Position numbers and translations under genes: made by a program
Assembly (NCBI GenBank): GCA_963812645.1
Contig: CAWEVU010000003.1
Coordinates: 98,071-162,070 of the forward strand
DNA: 64,000 bases
Direction: 5' to 3'
Origin: an uncultured Acidobacteriota bacterium
Lineage (GTDB): Bacteria; Acidobacteriota; Terriglobia; Acidiferrales; UBA7541
Notes under the pieces: generated by a model
Database searches by the model: none
Told to the model about the DNA's origin: nothing
The model's input: the letters and a program-made list of their open reading frames with translations, nothing else
Shown here: piece after piece, positions 1-9,690 of the stretch
Layout: each line of letters begins with the position of its first letter
How positions within the stretch are numbered: the stretch's first letter is position 1

Positions 1-245
1 CCAAGCAGTCCCGCCTTTCGCTCGTTCCACAAGCGGAGAAGGCTGCGCAGCAGCACAAGCCCAAACACGAGGAACGCCACGAAGACGAACGTGGACAGCG
101 CGAAGAGAATCACCAGCGAATTGCCCTGCTCGGGATGCACTGGCGCCCGCAGCGATCCCAGCGTGAAAATCGTGGCCGCGAGCAGCACAATGGAGAGCCC
201 GCCCACGGCGAGCCACAGCTTCCGGGTCCACGAGCGCTGCTTCAA
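1..245 (-). CDS. membrane protein, N-terminal ~81 codons only (gene runs off the window start); possibly sensor-type
   Basis: Own minus-strand translation. TTG start at 245-243 is preceded by GAAGGAGAG and overlaps the TGA stop of the upstream gene (TTGA). The product LKQRSWTRKLWLAVGGLSIVLLAATIF...LVILFALSTFVFVAFLVFGLVLL has two hydrophobic helices. Confidence 0.4.
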   Translation of the reverse strand, partial: MKQRSWTRKLWLAVGGLSIVLLAATIFTLGSLRAPVHPEQGNSLVILFALSTFVFVAFLVFGLVLLRSLLRLWNERKAGLL

Positions 246-973
246 CGACTCTCCTTCAGAAACGACTCGAGCGGGCATTCGCTGCAGCGGGCCTCGCGGC
301 CGCGGCACCAGTTCTTGCCCACTTGCACGAAAAGCGCATGCAACTCATTGTACTGCGTAGCTTCCTGCGGCATATCGGATTGGATCAGACGCTGTAACTC
401 ATCGTAGCCCGTCTTCTCGTGCACCCAGCCGTGCCGCTGCAGGATCCTTTTAGTGTAAGCGTCCACGACAAACACCGGATGAGCCCCGCCATAAAGCAGG
501 ATGGAGTCCGCAGTTTCCGGTCCGATGCCAAAGACGCCCAACAGTTTCTCACGGAGTTCGGCCGTCGGTGTCTTAAACATCTTGGCCAGAGAGCCGCGGT
601 ACTCCGCTTCAAGGAAGGTGCAAAACGCCTTCAGCTTCTTCGCCTTCTGCCGAAAATAACCCGACGGGCGAATCAACCGCGCAAGCCGGGCCATCGGCAC
701 CTTCACAATCGCCGCGTGGCGGAGCATCTTCGCGGCGCGCAAATTCGCGATAGCCTTCTCGACGTTCGACCAGGAAGTATTCTGAGTAAGGATGGCCCCG
801 ACAACAATCTCAAATTGAGTCTTCGCCGGCCACCAATGCTGCAGTCCGAGCACTGTGGAGAGCCTTTCATAGTACTCGCGCACAGGAGGCAAGTTTTGTC
901 GCTCGGGTGCCGATTTATGTCCTGAGGTCACCGGAGGGCCACTTTCAGCAACGTGCAACGCGCTCGCCTGCAT
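242..973 (-). CDS. endonuclease III-related HhH-GPD family DNA glycosylase-like protein
   Basis: 243-aa ORF. It has a helix-hairpin-helix GPD region (LLGVFGIGPETADSILLY) and a C-terminal Cys cluster (WCRGREARCSECPL) typical of Nth-like proteins. Confidence 0.8.
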   Translation of the reverse strand: MQASALHVAESGPPVTSGHKSAPERQNLPPVREYYERLSTVLGLQHWWPAKTQFEIVVGAILTQNTSWSNVEKAIANLRAAKMLRHAAIVKVPMARLARLIRPSGYFRQKAKKLKAFCTFLEAEYRGSLAKMFKTPTAELREKLLGVFGIGPETADSILLYGGAHPVFVVDAYTKRILQRHGWVHEKTGYDELQRLIQSDMPQEATQYNELHALFVQVGKNWCRGREARCSECPLESFLKESR

Positions 974-1157
974 TTAACAGCGAAGATAGCGACGCCTCAC
1001 GGTCAAGTCAAGCCAGCTCTCTGGCCAATTGGACAGAGCTGTACTTTGGTACAGGGGGTTGCCTGTTACATGACGATGAGCTGAAGCGGTTCCCATTCTG
1101 ACTCATCGCGCATGCTAGCCTTTTCTATCCGGCGAAGTTTGCCGCTGGGGTGGTGGC

Positions 1158-2873
1158 GTGTCTTCCAGGCTTGGCGACATTTTGGTCAAAGACAGCCTGA
1201 TCTCTTCCGATCAGTTGAAGCAGGCGCTCGACTACCAGAAGAAGAATGGTGGGCGGCTAGGAACTTGCCTGGTGAAGATGGGATTGGTGAGCGACGAAGA
1301 CATTACCGCGGTGCTGTCACGCCAATACGGCGTGCCGTCAATCAATTTGAGATTTTACGAGGTGGACCCCTCGGTGATTAAGCTCGTGCCGCAAGAGACC
1401 GCCGTGCGCTACCAGATTGTGCCGCTTTCGCGCGTCGGCTCCACTCTTACCATCGCGATGACGGACCCGACGAACGTCTTCGCCATGGACGATATCAAGT
1501 TCATGACCGGCTTCAACGTCGAGCCGGTAGTCGCCTCCGAAACGGCGATTACGGAGGCCATCGGCAAGTTCTACGGTTCCGTCGAGGCCGGCGAAGAGCT
1601 CGACAAGGTCATGAAAGACCTTGCTGGCGATGAAGCTGAAATGGAGTTGGCGGCTGAAGAAGCCGAGATGGACCTCGCGGCTCTCGAACGGGCCGCCGAC
1701 GAAGCCCCGATCATCAAGCTCGTAAACCTGGTCCTGACCGATGCCGTAAAGCGAGGCGCGAGCGACATTCACATCGAGCCATACGAAAAGGAATACCGCG
1801 TCCGCTTCCGCATCGACGGCATTCTTCAAAACGTCATGGCGCCGCCCCTGAAATTGAAAGATGCCATCACCAGCCGCGTCAAGATCATGGCCAAGCTGGA
1901 CATCAGCGAAAAGCGTCTGCCGCAAGACGGCCGCATAATGATCAAGTACGTGAAGGAAGGGAAGAAAAAGGAGCTCGATTTCCGTGTTTCCACTGTTCCC
2001 ACTCTCTTTGGCGAAAAAGTCGTCATGCGTTTGCTCGACAAAGAGAATCTTCGCCTGGACATGACCAAGCTCGGCTTCGAACCCGAGTCCCTGGCCAAAT
2101 TTGAACGCCAGATTCTGAAACCGTATGGCATGGTGCTGGTCACCGGGCCGACCGGTTCCGGAAAAACCAACACGCTCTACTCTTCCGTTGCGCGGCTCAA
2201 TACACCCGAAACGAACATCATGACGGCCGAAGATCCCGTCGAATTCCAACTGGCCGGAATCAACCAGGTGCAGATGAAGGAGCAGATCGGGCTGAACTTC
2301 GCTTCGGCCCTGCGCGCTTTCCTTCGCCAAGACCCCAACATCATCCTCGTCGGCGAAATCCGCGACTTTGAAACGGCCGAAATCGCCGTGAAAGCGGCGC
2401 TCACCGGCCACCTTGTGCTCTCGACGTTGCACACCAACGACGCGCCCTCGACCATCAGCCGCTTAATGAACATGGGTATTGAGCCTTTCCTGGTGGCCAC
2501 TTCGGTCAACCTGATCTGCGCCCAGCGCCTGGTCCGTCGCATCTGCGTCGCCTGCAAGGAGCCGAATCCGCTTCCTCCTCAGGCTCTGACGGATGCGGGA
2601 TACACTCCTGAAGAAACAAAGACGACGCAGGTCTTCCACGGCCGCGGCTGCACCACTTGCAACAACACCGGCTACAAAGGCCGCGTCGGTTTGTACGAAG
2701 TGATGGAAATTAATGATGACCTTCGGGAACTGATCTTGGTGGGCGCCTCGGCCCTGGAATTGAAGAAAAAGGCGCTGGAAATGGGAATGATCACCTTGCG
2801 GAAAAGCGGGTTGACCAAGATGGCACTCGGACAGACGACGATGGAAGAAGTACTACGCGAGACTGTGCTCTAA
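1158..2873 (+). CDS. pilB: type IV pilus assembly (extension) ATPase PilB, GspE family
   Basis: 571 aa. It has a T2SSE N-terminal domain, Walker A (GPTGSGKT), a tetracysteine motif (CVACK...CTTCNNTGYKGR) and the GspE signature. It sits directly upstream of pilT and pilC. Confidence 0.95.
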   Translation: MSSRLGDILVKDSLISSDQLKQALDYQKKNGGRLGTCLVKMGLVSDEDITAVLSRQYGVPSINLRFYEVDPSVIKLVPQETAVRYQIVPLSRVGSTLTIAMTDPTNVFAMDDIKFMTGFNVEPVVASETAITEAIGKFYGSVEAGEELDKVMKDLAGDEAEMELAAEEAEMDLAALERAADEAPIIKLVNLVLTDAVKRGASDIHIEPYEKEYRVRFRIDGILQNVMAPPLKLKDAITSRVKIMAKLDISEKRLPQDGRIMIKYVKEGKKKELDFRVSTVPTLFGEKVVMRLLDKENLRLDMTKLGFEPESLAKFERQILKPYGMVLVTGPTGSGKTNTLYSSVARLNTPETNIMTAEDPVEFQLAGINQVQMKEQIGLNFASALRAFLRQDPNIILVGEIRDFETAEIAVKAALTGHLVLSTLHTNDAPSTISRLMNMGIEPFLVATSVNLICAQRLVRRICVACKEPNPLPPQALTDAGYTPEETKTTQVFHGRGCTTCNNTGYKGRVGLYEVMEINDDLRELILVGASALELKKKALEMGMITLRKSGLTKMALGQTTMEEVLRETVL

Positions 2874-2886
2874 GAAAGGAACTGCC

Positions 2887-4002
2887 ATGGCCGGAATCAC
2901 ACTTAGCGAGTTGCTGAAAAAAATGATTGAGATGGGAGGCAGCGACCTTCATCTTTCGACCAACAGTCCGCCGCGGATCCGCGTGCACGGCAAGCTGCGC
3001 CCGCTCGACATGCCGCCCCTGACCGCGGCGGACACGAAGGCGCTGGCCTATAGCGTCCTCACCGACGCGCAGAAGCACCGCCTCGAGGAAAATCTCGAGC
3101 TGGACTTCTCGTTCGGCTTGAAGAGCCTGGCGCGCTTCCGCGGCAACATCTTCCATCAGCGCGGCGCCGTGGCTGCTGTCTTCCGCACGATTCCGTGGGA
3201 GATCAAGGGCTTCGAAGCTCTCGGATTGCCGCAGGTGGTGAAGGTCCTCTGCGACAAGCCGCGCGGGCTGGTGCTCGTCACCGGTCCAACCGGTTCGGGC
3301 AAGTCCACCACTCTCGCCGCCATGCTCGACAAGATCAATAGCGAGCGCGACGAGCACATGATCACTATCGAAGACCCTATCGAGTTCCTGCACAACCACA
3401 AGAAGTGCCTCGTCAACCAGCGCGAAATTCACTCCGATACGCACTCGTTCGCCAACTCGCTGCGCGCTGCGCTTCGCGAAGACCCCGACGTCGTGCTCAT
3501 CGGCGAAATGCGCGACCTCGAGACCATCGAATCCGCGCTGCGCATCGCCGAGACCGGCCACTTGACGTTTGCGACCCTGCACACGAACTCCGCCGTCTCC
3601 ACCATCAACCGTATCGTGGACGTCTTCCCGGCGCACCAGCAGCCGCAGGTTCGCGCGCAGCTTTCCATGGTGCTCGAAGGCATCCTTTGCCAATCGTTGC
3701 TGCCCCGCGTGGACGGCCGCGGCCGCGTCATGGTCATGGAAATTCTTGTGCCCACTGCCGCCATCCGCAACCTGATCCGCGAAGACAAAATTCACCAGAT
3801 CTATTCGGCGATGCAGACCGGAACTGGCGCATCGGGCATGCAGACATTCAACCAGAGCTTGGCCAACGCCTATTTCCAGAAGCTCATCACCCTGGAAGTG
3901 GCCTTGATGCGCTCGTCGAATCCCGATGAGTTGCAGGATTTGATCAACCGGGGAGTGACCTCGCCGTCCGCCGGCGGAATTCGCACCCCAGTCCGGCGCT
4001 AA
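2887..4002 (+). CDS. pilT: twitching motility (retraction) ATPase PilT
   Basis: 371 aa. It has the N-terminal GSDLHL motif, Walker A GPTGSGKST, and the AIRNLIREDK motif characteristic of PilT. Confidence 0.95.
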   Translation: MAGITLSELLKKMIEMGGSDLHLSTNSPPRIRVHGKLRPLDMPPLTAADTKALAYSVLTDAQKHRLEENLELDFSFGLKSLARFRGNIFHQRGAVAAVFRTIPWEIKGFEALGLPQVVKVLCDKPRGLVLVTGPTGSGKSTTLAAMLDKINSERDEHMITIEDPIEFLHNHKKCLVNQREIHSDTHSFANSLRAALREDPDVVLIGEMRDLETIESALRIAETGHLTFATLHTNSAVSTINRIVDVFPAHQQPQVRAQLSMVLEGILCQSLLPRVDGRGRVMVMEILVPTAAIRNLIREDKIHQIYSAMQTGTGASGMQTFNQSLANAYFQKLITLEVALMRSSNPDELQDLINRGVTSPSAGGIRTPVRR

Positions 4003-4032
4003 TAGCGCGCCCGGGAATCAAGGAGGAAGGAA

Positions 4033-5241
4033 ATGCCAGTCTATACGTTTCGAGGTACGAATCGCACGGGCAACGTCGTGTCCGGCGAGCGCGTCGCGGC
4101 GAATAAGACCGAACTCGCGGCCATGCTGCGCCGCGAGCAGGTCAACGTCTCCAAGATGTCGGAGAAAGGCCGGGAATTCAACATCCCGACCTTTGGAACC
4201 GGCGTTGACGCCAAGGAGCTGGCCGTCTTCACGCGGCAGTTCTCGGTGATGATCGACGCAGGACTCCCGCTGGTGCAGTGCCTCGAGATTCTGGCCAACC
4301 AGCAAGAGAACAAGACCTTCCAGAAGGTCCTCACCGGCGTGCGCGCCTCGGTCGAAGGCGGCGCGACACTTTCTGCGTCGCTCAAGATCTACGACAAGGT
4401 CTTCGACGCGCTCTACTACAACATGGTGGACGCGGGCGAGACGGGCGGTATTCTCGACACCATTCTTCAGCGACTCGCTACTTACATCGAGAAAAACGTC
4501 CGCTTGAAACGCGCGGTTCGCTCGGCGTTGATCTATCCGACGGCCGTCATCGGCATCGCGGCGTTGGTAATCACTCTCTTGCTCTGGAAAGTCGTGCCCA
4601 TTTTCGTAACGCTGTTCAACGGCCTCGGCGCAGAGCTGCCGCTGCCGACGCGCATCGTCATCGGTCTCAGCCAATTCATCGGAAGCTGGTACGGCTTCCT
4701 CATCTTTCTGGCCGTGGTCGGCGTTGCTGGCGCTGTCGCCTGGTGGTACAGGACTCCGCAAGGACGCATTACCATCGACACAATCATGCTGAAGATTCCG
4801 GTGATCGGAATGTTGCTGCGCAAGATCGCTGTAGCGCGCTTCACGCGCACTCTCGGCACCTTGATCTCCAGCGGCGTTCCCATTCTCGAGGGTCTGGACA
4901 TCACAGCACGCACGGCAGGCAACGCCGTCATCGAAAAAGCCATCACGAACACTCGTAAAGCGGTTGAGGCCGGACGTTCGCTCGTCGATCCATTGAAGGA
5001 GAGCGATGTGTTTCCCGGCATGGTCACGCAGATGATCGGCGTCGGCGAACAAACCGGCGCGATGGACGCCATGCTCCAGAAGATCGCGGACTTCTATGAA
5101 GACGAAGTAGACGTCGCCGTGAAAGACATGCTCACTCTTCTCGAGCCGGCCATGATTTTGTTTCTTGGCGTGGTCGTCGGCGGCATCGTCGTATCGCTCT
5201 ATCTGCCGCTCTTCTCCCTCATCTCCAAGCTATCGGGGTAG
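4033..5241 (+). CDS. pilC: type IV pilus platform protein PilC (GspF family)
   Basis: 402 aa with duplicated T2SSF domains and three hydrophobic segments. It follows pilB and pilT. Confidence 0.95.
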   Translation: MPVYTFRGTNRTGNVVSGERVAANKTELAAMLRREQVNVSKMSEKGREFNIPTFGTGVDAKELAVFTRQFSVMIDAGLPLVQCLEILANQQENKTFQKVLTGVRASVEGGATLSASLKIYDKVFDALYYNMVDAGETGGILDTILQRLATYIEKNVRLKRAVRSALIYPTAVIGIAALVITLLLWKVVPIFVTLFNGLGAELPLPTRIVIGLSQFIGSWYGFLIFLAVVGVAGAVAWWYRTPQGRITIDTIMLKIPVIGMLLRKIAVARFTRTLGTLISSGVPILEGLDITARTAGNAVIEKAITNTRKAVEAGRSLVDPLKESDVFPGMVTQMIGVGEQTGAMDAMLQKIADFYEDEVDVAVKDMLTLLEPAMILFLGVVVGGIVVSLYLPLFSLISKLSG

Positions 5242-5261
5242 CAGAGCAGGGAAGTTTCCAG

Positions 5262-5296
5262 GGCCGGGGAAGCCGCACCGCGCGCATTCCCCGGCC
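5262..5296 (+). terminator. 10-bp perfect hairpin after pilC (GGCCGGGGAA-N15-TTCCCCGGCC), no clear T-tract
   Basis: Inverted repeat read directly from the sequence, 21 nt after the pilC stop. The lack of a U-run makes terminator function uncertain. Confidence 0.3.
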
Positions 5297-5387
5297 AGTC
5301 TTACGACTTTGGGGGGTACGCGGCGCCGGGCTAGCGGGAATGAATCCGAGTTCCGTGTGGGCCAGGGCGCCGGCCCGTGGGTAACGC

Positions 5388-7073
5388 ATGGAACTCTCTC
5401 ACGATACTGGCGAATGGCTACCGTGGCTGGGCCGCGTTCGCTTTCTTGTCATCACCTCGCTCGTTGCGTTGGTGCTCTTCGTCCGCGACGTAACCCATCT
5501 GGCCCTGCCCACGAAGTTTTTCGCGCCGACCGTCGTCCTCTGGTATTCGCTGGCCATTTTCTTCGTGATTCTTCTGCGCTGGATGCCGCGCGCCGCCTGG
5601 CACGCGCCTCTTCAGGTGTCCTGCGACGCGATCATGATTTCCGCCGTCGTCTACGCCACCGGCGCGCACGATAGCTACTTCACCTCGCTCTATCTGCTTA
5701 TTGTTCTGATGGGTGCCATCTTGTTCTCGCGCCGCGGCGCCATACTGACGGCGGCCGGAAGCTTTATTTTGCTCGGCGCTGTCGTCGAGTTGGCCTATTA
5801 CGACGTGATTCCGCGAAATTCTTCCTCAGTACTGAGCCCGCGCGGATTGGAATTCTGGCTGTCCACGAACCTCATGGCTTTCGTCGGCGTCGCCTATCTC
5901 GGTTCGGTCTTATCCGCCTCGTTGCGCCACAAAGGTGTGGAGCTCGAGGAAAAGCGCGAACAGTTGAAGGACCTGCAAGCCTTCAATGAAGACATCATCC
6001 GCTCCATGCGCGGCGGTTTGCTCACCGTCGATCTCGAAGGGCGCATCGTGCTCATGAACCGCGCCGGCGCCGAAATTACGGGACGCGGAGAAGGTCCGAA
6101 TCGCGCCGCGCACGTGCGCGATGTTTTCCCGGGATTTTGGCCCATCGAAATGGATGAGCGCGGCACTCCCCTCGCACTCCGCAAAGAAGTCGAATGCCGC
6201 ACACCGTACGGCGTGGTGCGCTTCCTCGGAATTTCCATCTCGCCGCTGCGCACCGGACAGAATCAATTGAGCGGGTATGTTTTCAATTTCCAGGATTTGA
6301 CCGAACTCAAGCGCCTGGAGCACGAGGTTGCGGTGCAGGACCGCATGGCGGCTCTGGGGCGTCTTTCCGCCGCCATCGCCCACGAAATTCGCCAGCCGCT
6401 CTCGGCCATGACCGGCGCGCTGAAATCTCTCTCGCGTCTCGCACCTCTCGAGGACGACGATCAACGCCTGGTGCAGATCGTCTCGCGTGAATCGCAGCGC
6501 CTCAATCAGATCATCACCGACTTCCTGGAATACTCTCGCGAGAAGAACTACGAATTCAGCGATCACAACGTCGTGGCCTTGCTCGACGAAACCCTGATGC
6601 TCTTCGAGCACCAGCCGGAGTTCAGCAAGAACTATCGCATCGAGCGGCGCTTCGCCTCCACCGCCGTCCGGGCGCGCGTGGACCGCAATCGCATCAAGCA
6701 AGTCTTCTGGAACTTGCTGAACAATGCCGTGCGCGCCATGCCCGATGGCGGGACCATCACCATCAATCTCCAAGCGGAAGCCGTCTGGTTGCGCATCTCC
6801 ATTCGCGATACGGGCATCGGAATCGATCCCTCCGAGGCCGCCAGAATTTTCGAGCCCTTCCAATCCAGTTTTGCGCAAGGCACCGGGCTGGGCCTCGCGA
6901 TCGTCTATCAAGTCGTCCAGGCTCACGGAGGCCGCATTCATCTCAATTCCGAAAAAGGTCAGGGCGCCGAATTTACGATTGAGCTTCCGAAAATGGGTCG
7001 CGGGCGTCGCAAGCCCAATTCCGCGCCACAGACTGAGTCCGAACCGGCCATCGAAGCCGTGAGGCAGGGCTGA
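5388..7073 (+). CDS. pilS: PilS-like sensor histidine kinase (multi-TM N-terminus, PAS, HisKA, HATPase)
   Basis: 561 aa. It has about 6 hydrophobic helices, an H-box ([11 protein letters not shown]), and N/G boxes ([25 protein letters not shown]). It lies directly upstream of a sigma-54 response regulator and the pilin genes. Confidence 0.8.
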   Translation: MELSHDTGEWLPWLGRVRFLVITSLVALVLFVRDVTHLALPTKFFAPTVVLWYSLAIFFVILLRWMPRAAWHAPLQVSCDAIMISAVVYATGAHDSYFTSLYLLIVLMGAILFSRRGAILTAAGSFILLGAVVELAYYDVIPRNSSSVLSPRGLEFWLSTNLMAFVGVAYLGSVLSASLRHKGVELEEKREQLKDLQAFNEDIIRSMRGGLLTVDLEGRIVLMNRAGAEITGRGEGPNRAAHVRDVFPGFWPIEMDERGTPLALRKEVECRTPYGVVRFLGISISPLRTGQNQLSGYVFNFQDLTELKRLEHEVAVQDRMAALGRLSAAIAHEIRQPLSAMTGALKSLSRLAPLEDDDQRLVQIVSRESQRLNQIITDFLEYSREKNYEFSDHNVVALLDETLMLFEHQPEFSKNYRIERRFASTAVRARVDRNRIKQVFWNLLNNAVRAMPDGGTITINLQAEAVWLRISIRDTGIGIDPSEAARIFEPFQSSFAQGTGLGLAIVYQVVQAHGGRIHLNSEKGQGAEFTIELPKMGRGRRKPNSAPQTESEPAIEAVRQG

Positions 7074-7077
7074 GACC

Positions 7078-8463
7078 ATGGCTCACGTACTGGTGGTTGA
7101 CGACGAACGATCCATCTGCGAGCTCCTCGAAATCACCTTTCGCAAAGACGGGCATCGTGTGGAGCTCGCTTCCAGCGGCGAGCAGGCCAAGCGCCGCCTG
7201 GAAACTCAGCTTTTCGACATCATCGTCTCCGATATCAATATGCGCGACATGAGCGGTGTGGACTTGCTCCGCTTTGCCCGAGAAGTTTCTCCGGAGACCG
7301 TCTTCATCTTGATTACCGGTGTTCCCACGCTCTCCACGGCCATCGATGCCGTCAATTTCGGCGCCGACCGCTATGTCATCAAAGGCGACACTCTCGTCGA
7401 TGAATTGCGTCAGGCGGTCGCAAAGATTTCCGAGAACATCGAACTCAGGAAAGAGACCGGCATTCTCCGCCGCGAGATCCGCCGCCTTACGGGCCTCGAC
7501 CACATCGTCGGCACCAGCCCGAAGATGCGCAAGATCTTCGAGCTGATTCAGTCCATCGCGCCACAGTCCAGCCGCGTGCTCATCACCGGCGAAAGCGGCA
7601 CCGGAAAAGAACTCGTCGCTCGCGCCATTCACGAGAATAGCGCGCGCTCCAAAAAGCCCTTCATCACCATCAATTGCGGCGCATTCCCCGAGACGCTACT
7701 CGAATCCGAGCTCTTCGGCTACATGAAGGGCGCCTTCACCGGCGCCGGCGAGAATCACCGCGGCCTCTTTCGAGCTGCCGATGGCGGAACGCTCTTCATG
7801 GACGAGATCGGAAATATGAGCCTCACCATGCAGGTGAAGCTCTACCGCGTGCTCCAGGAAGGCAAAGTTCGGCCGCTCGGCAGCACCGCGGAAGAAGATG
7901 TCGACGTCCGCGTGATCGCCGCCACCAACAAGGATTTCGAGAAAGAAATCGCCGAAGGCCGTTTCCGCGAGGACTTGTATTACCGGCTGAGCGTGATTCC
8001 CGTCCATCTGCCGCCTCTTCGCGAGCGGCGCGAGGACATTCCGCTCTTGGCACGCTCCTTCCTGGATCGCTATCGGAAATCCATGTCCAAGTCCGTCGAG
8101 GCCATCGAACCCAAGGCCATGGAGCGACTCGAGACCTACGACTGGCCCGGAAACGTCCGCGAGCTGGAGAACACCATCGAGCGCGCCGTAGCCCTGGAAA
8201 CCAGCCGCTGGATCACTTTGGAAGGCCTCCCGGAGCGTATCACTCGCTACTATCAGGAGCATCGCGCCGATCGTAAGCCCGTTTCGCGGGATCTCTTGGT
8301 GCCGGAAGGCGGCCTCGACTTAGAGCAAAAAATCGGCGAGATCGAACGCGCCTACCTCCTCGCCGCGCTGGAATGTACCGGAGGAGTCCGCGTCCGCGCC
8401 TCCGAGCTTCTCAAAATGACTTACCGCTCATTCCGCCACTACGCCAAGAAACACGGCGTCTAG
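7078..8463 (+). CDS. pilR: PilR-like sigma-54-dependent response regulator (REC-AAA+-HTH)
   Basis: 461 aa. It has a receiver domain (VVDDE...D), Walker A GESGTGKE, the GAFTGA motif, and a C-terminal Fis-type HTH. Confidence 0.9.
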   Translation: MAHVLVVDDERSICELLEITFRKDGHRVELASSGEQAKRRLETQLFDIIVSDINMRDMSGVDLLRFAREVSPETVFILITGVPTLSTAIDAVNFGADRYVIKGDTLVDELRQAVAKISENIELRKETGILRREIRRLTGLDHIVGTSPKMRKIFELIQSIAPQSSRVLITGESGTGKELVARAIHENSARSKKPFITINCGAFPETLLESELFGYMKGAFTGAGENHRGLFRAADGGTLFMDEIGNMSLTMQVKLYRVLQEGKVRPLGSTAEEDVDVRVIAATNKDFEKEIAEGRFREDLYYRLSVIPVHLPPLRERREDIPLLARSFLDRYRKSMSKSVEAIEPKAMERLETYDWPGNVRELENTIERAVALETSRWITLEGLPERITRYYQEHRADRKPVSRDLLVPEGGLDLEQKIGEIERAYLLAALECTGGVRVRASELLKMTYRSFRHYAKKHGV

Positions 8464-8773
8464 CCCTCCGGCTTCCTTGCCATCGCATGCCGCTGCACAC
8501 GAAGCCGATTCTCCAGATAGCGTTGGGGCTGCCTGGCGATGCGTCCCGTGGGGCTCTCAAGCGTGAAAGTGCCGGAGACGGACTGCGAATGTCGACTGGC
8601 GAGCCCATCTGCCCTTCAGGGTCAGGGCGGAGTGACGTAAAATGTCAACTTTCAGGCGGGATGCGCTGTTTCGGGAACGATTGCCGGTCGCGGCCGCTGA
8701 TCGATCGCATATAAGCGATTGAAACAAAACGATATATAGAATCGCAACAAAGTACTGGAACTAGTCCCTCCTC

Positions 8774-8789
8774 TGGCAGCGCACTTGCA
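8774..8789 (+). promoter_or_regulatory. sigma-54 (-24/-12) promoter of pilA1: TGGCAG-CGCAC-TTGCA
   Basis: Exact consensus spacing for TGGCAC-N5-TTGCW, 70 nt upstream of the pilA1 ATG. The PilS/PilR sigma-54 activator pair is encoded immediately upstream. Confidence 0.65.
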
Positions 8790-8859
8790 GTCTATAGCTG
8801 CGGCACCCCGCCAGGGAGCCGAATAGTTCTTTTTGCCGTCCAAATCTTAAGGAGAGAAG

Positions 8860-9378
8860 ATGAAGAAGAGTCAGAAGGGTTTTTCGCTCATCGAGCTTTT
8901 GATCGTCGTGGCGATCATTTTGATCATCGCGGCGATTGCCATTCCGAACCTCTTGAAGGCCCGCATCGCGGCCAACGAGGCCTCGGCCGTCGGCACGCTG
9001 CGTACCATTAATACGGCGGCGGTCACCTATCAGTCCACCTACAACAACGGTTTCCCCCAGACGTTTGCGATCTTTGGCGGCCCACCTCCGGGGACTTGCG
9101 CACTCTCCAACCTGCTCGACTCGACCTTGACGGCCAACGGTCAGAAGAGCGGCTACACCATCAGCTACACCCAGGTCACCGCCTTGACTGCGGCAGCCAC
9201 CGGCTGCGGCGCTCCGGGTTCGGCAACGTACGTTACGGGTGCAGTACCACTCAGCGTAAACGCCACGGGTAACCGTACTTTCTGCAGCGACGAATCCGGC
9301 GTGATCCACGTGGATCCGTCGGGCGCCGCCGCGCCGGCCACCGACGTGGCTTGCGAAGCTCTCTCGGCTCTGCAGTAA
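8860..9378 (+). CDS. pilA: type IV major pilin (class III signal peptide, N-methylation motif)
   Basis: 172 aa with N-terminus MKKSQKG|FSLIELLIVVAIILIIAAIAIPNLL. It has four Cys in the globular part and an AAGGAGAG Shine-Dalgarno (SD) sequence upstream. Confidence 0.9.
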   Translation: MKKSQKGFSLIELLIVVAIILIIAAIAIPNLLKARIAANEASAVGTLRTINTAAVTYQSTYNNGFPQTFAIFGGPPPGTCALSNLLDSTLTANGQKSGYTISYTQVTALTAAATGCGAPGSATYVTGAVPLSVNATGNRTFCSDESGVIHVDPSGAAAPATDVACEALSALQ

Positions 9379-9403
9379 ATATTTAGAAGTCCCACTTTGC
9401 GAA

Positions 9404-9433
9404 GGGGAGAAAGATCATTCTTTCTCCCCTTTT
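9404..9433 (+). terminator. Rho-independent terminator of pilA1
   Basis: 11-bp perfect stem GGGGAGAAAGA / TCTTTCTCCCC with loop TCAT, followed by TTTT. Confidence 0.75.
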
Positions 9434-9460
9434 CGCATTTCTGGCGAAGCTTTGCAGCAA

Positions 9461-9690
9461 GTGGCAGCCCCGCAATTCAAGCCTGGGAGCCTCTGCAGTT
9501 GGGTGGCAGCCGCGCAATTCAATCCCGGGAGCTTCCGCAGTTGGGTGGCAGCCACCGCATTTATGCGGGGGAGGAGCGCTTCCGCGCCTTATGCGTCCCG
9601 ATGGTTTGTATCGGGAAGCGCTCCGAAAAAGCGTCGCCATTAAAAATGTGCTTTAGCGCTGGGCACTTCGGAGCGAGCCCGTCAAGCAGC
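9461..9690. repeat. REP-like composite palindromic element, copy 1, preceded by two 42-bp tandem units
   Basis: Tandem 42-bp units lie at 9461-9502 and 9503-9544 (GTGGCAGCC.CGCAATTCAA...GCAGTTGG). The core follows: GGCAGCC.CCGCATTTATGCGGGGG.AGGAGCGCTTCC...GGAAGCGCTCC...GCGCTTTAGCGC. It is shared with 11628-11765, 20413-20487 and 58554-58650. Confidence 0.75.

Noticed and set aside
1047-1062. Sigma-54-like motif TGGTAC-AGGGGG-TTGC upstream of pilB
   Set aside because: The spacer is 6 nt instead of 5, so the GG and GC elements are out of register. It also lies about 100 nt from a GTG start with no other support.
9461-9560. Possible CRISPR array suggested by regularly spaced GTGGCAGCC repeats
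   Set aside because: The units are directly contiguous (42-bp period, no unique spacers). There are only 2-3 copies and no cas genes nearby. They merge into the REP core.
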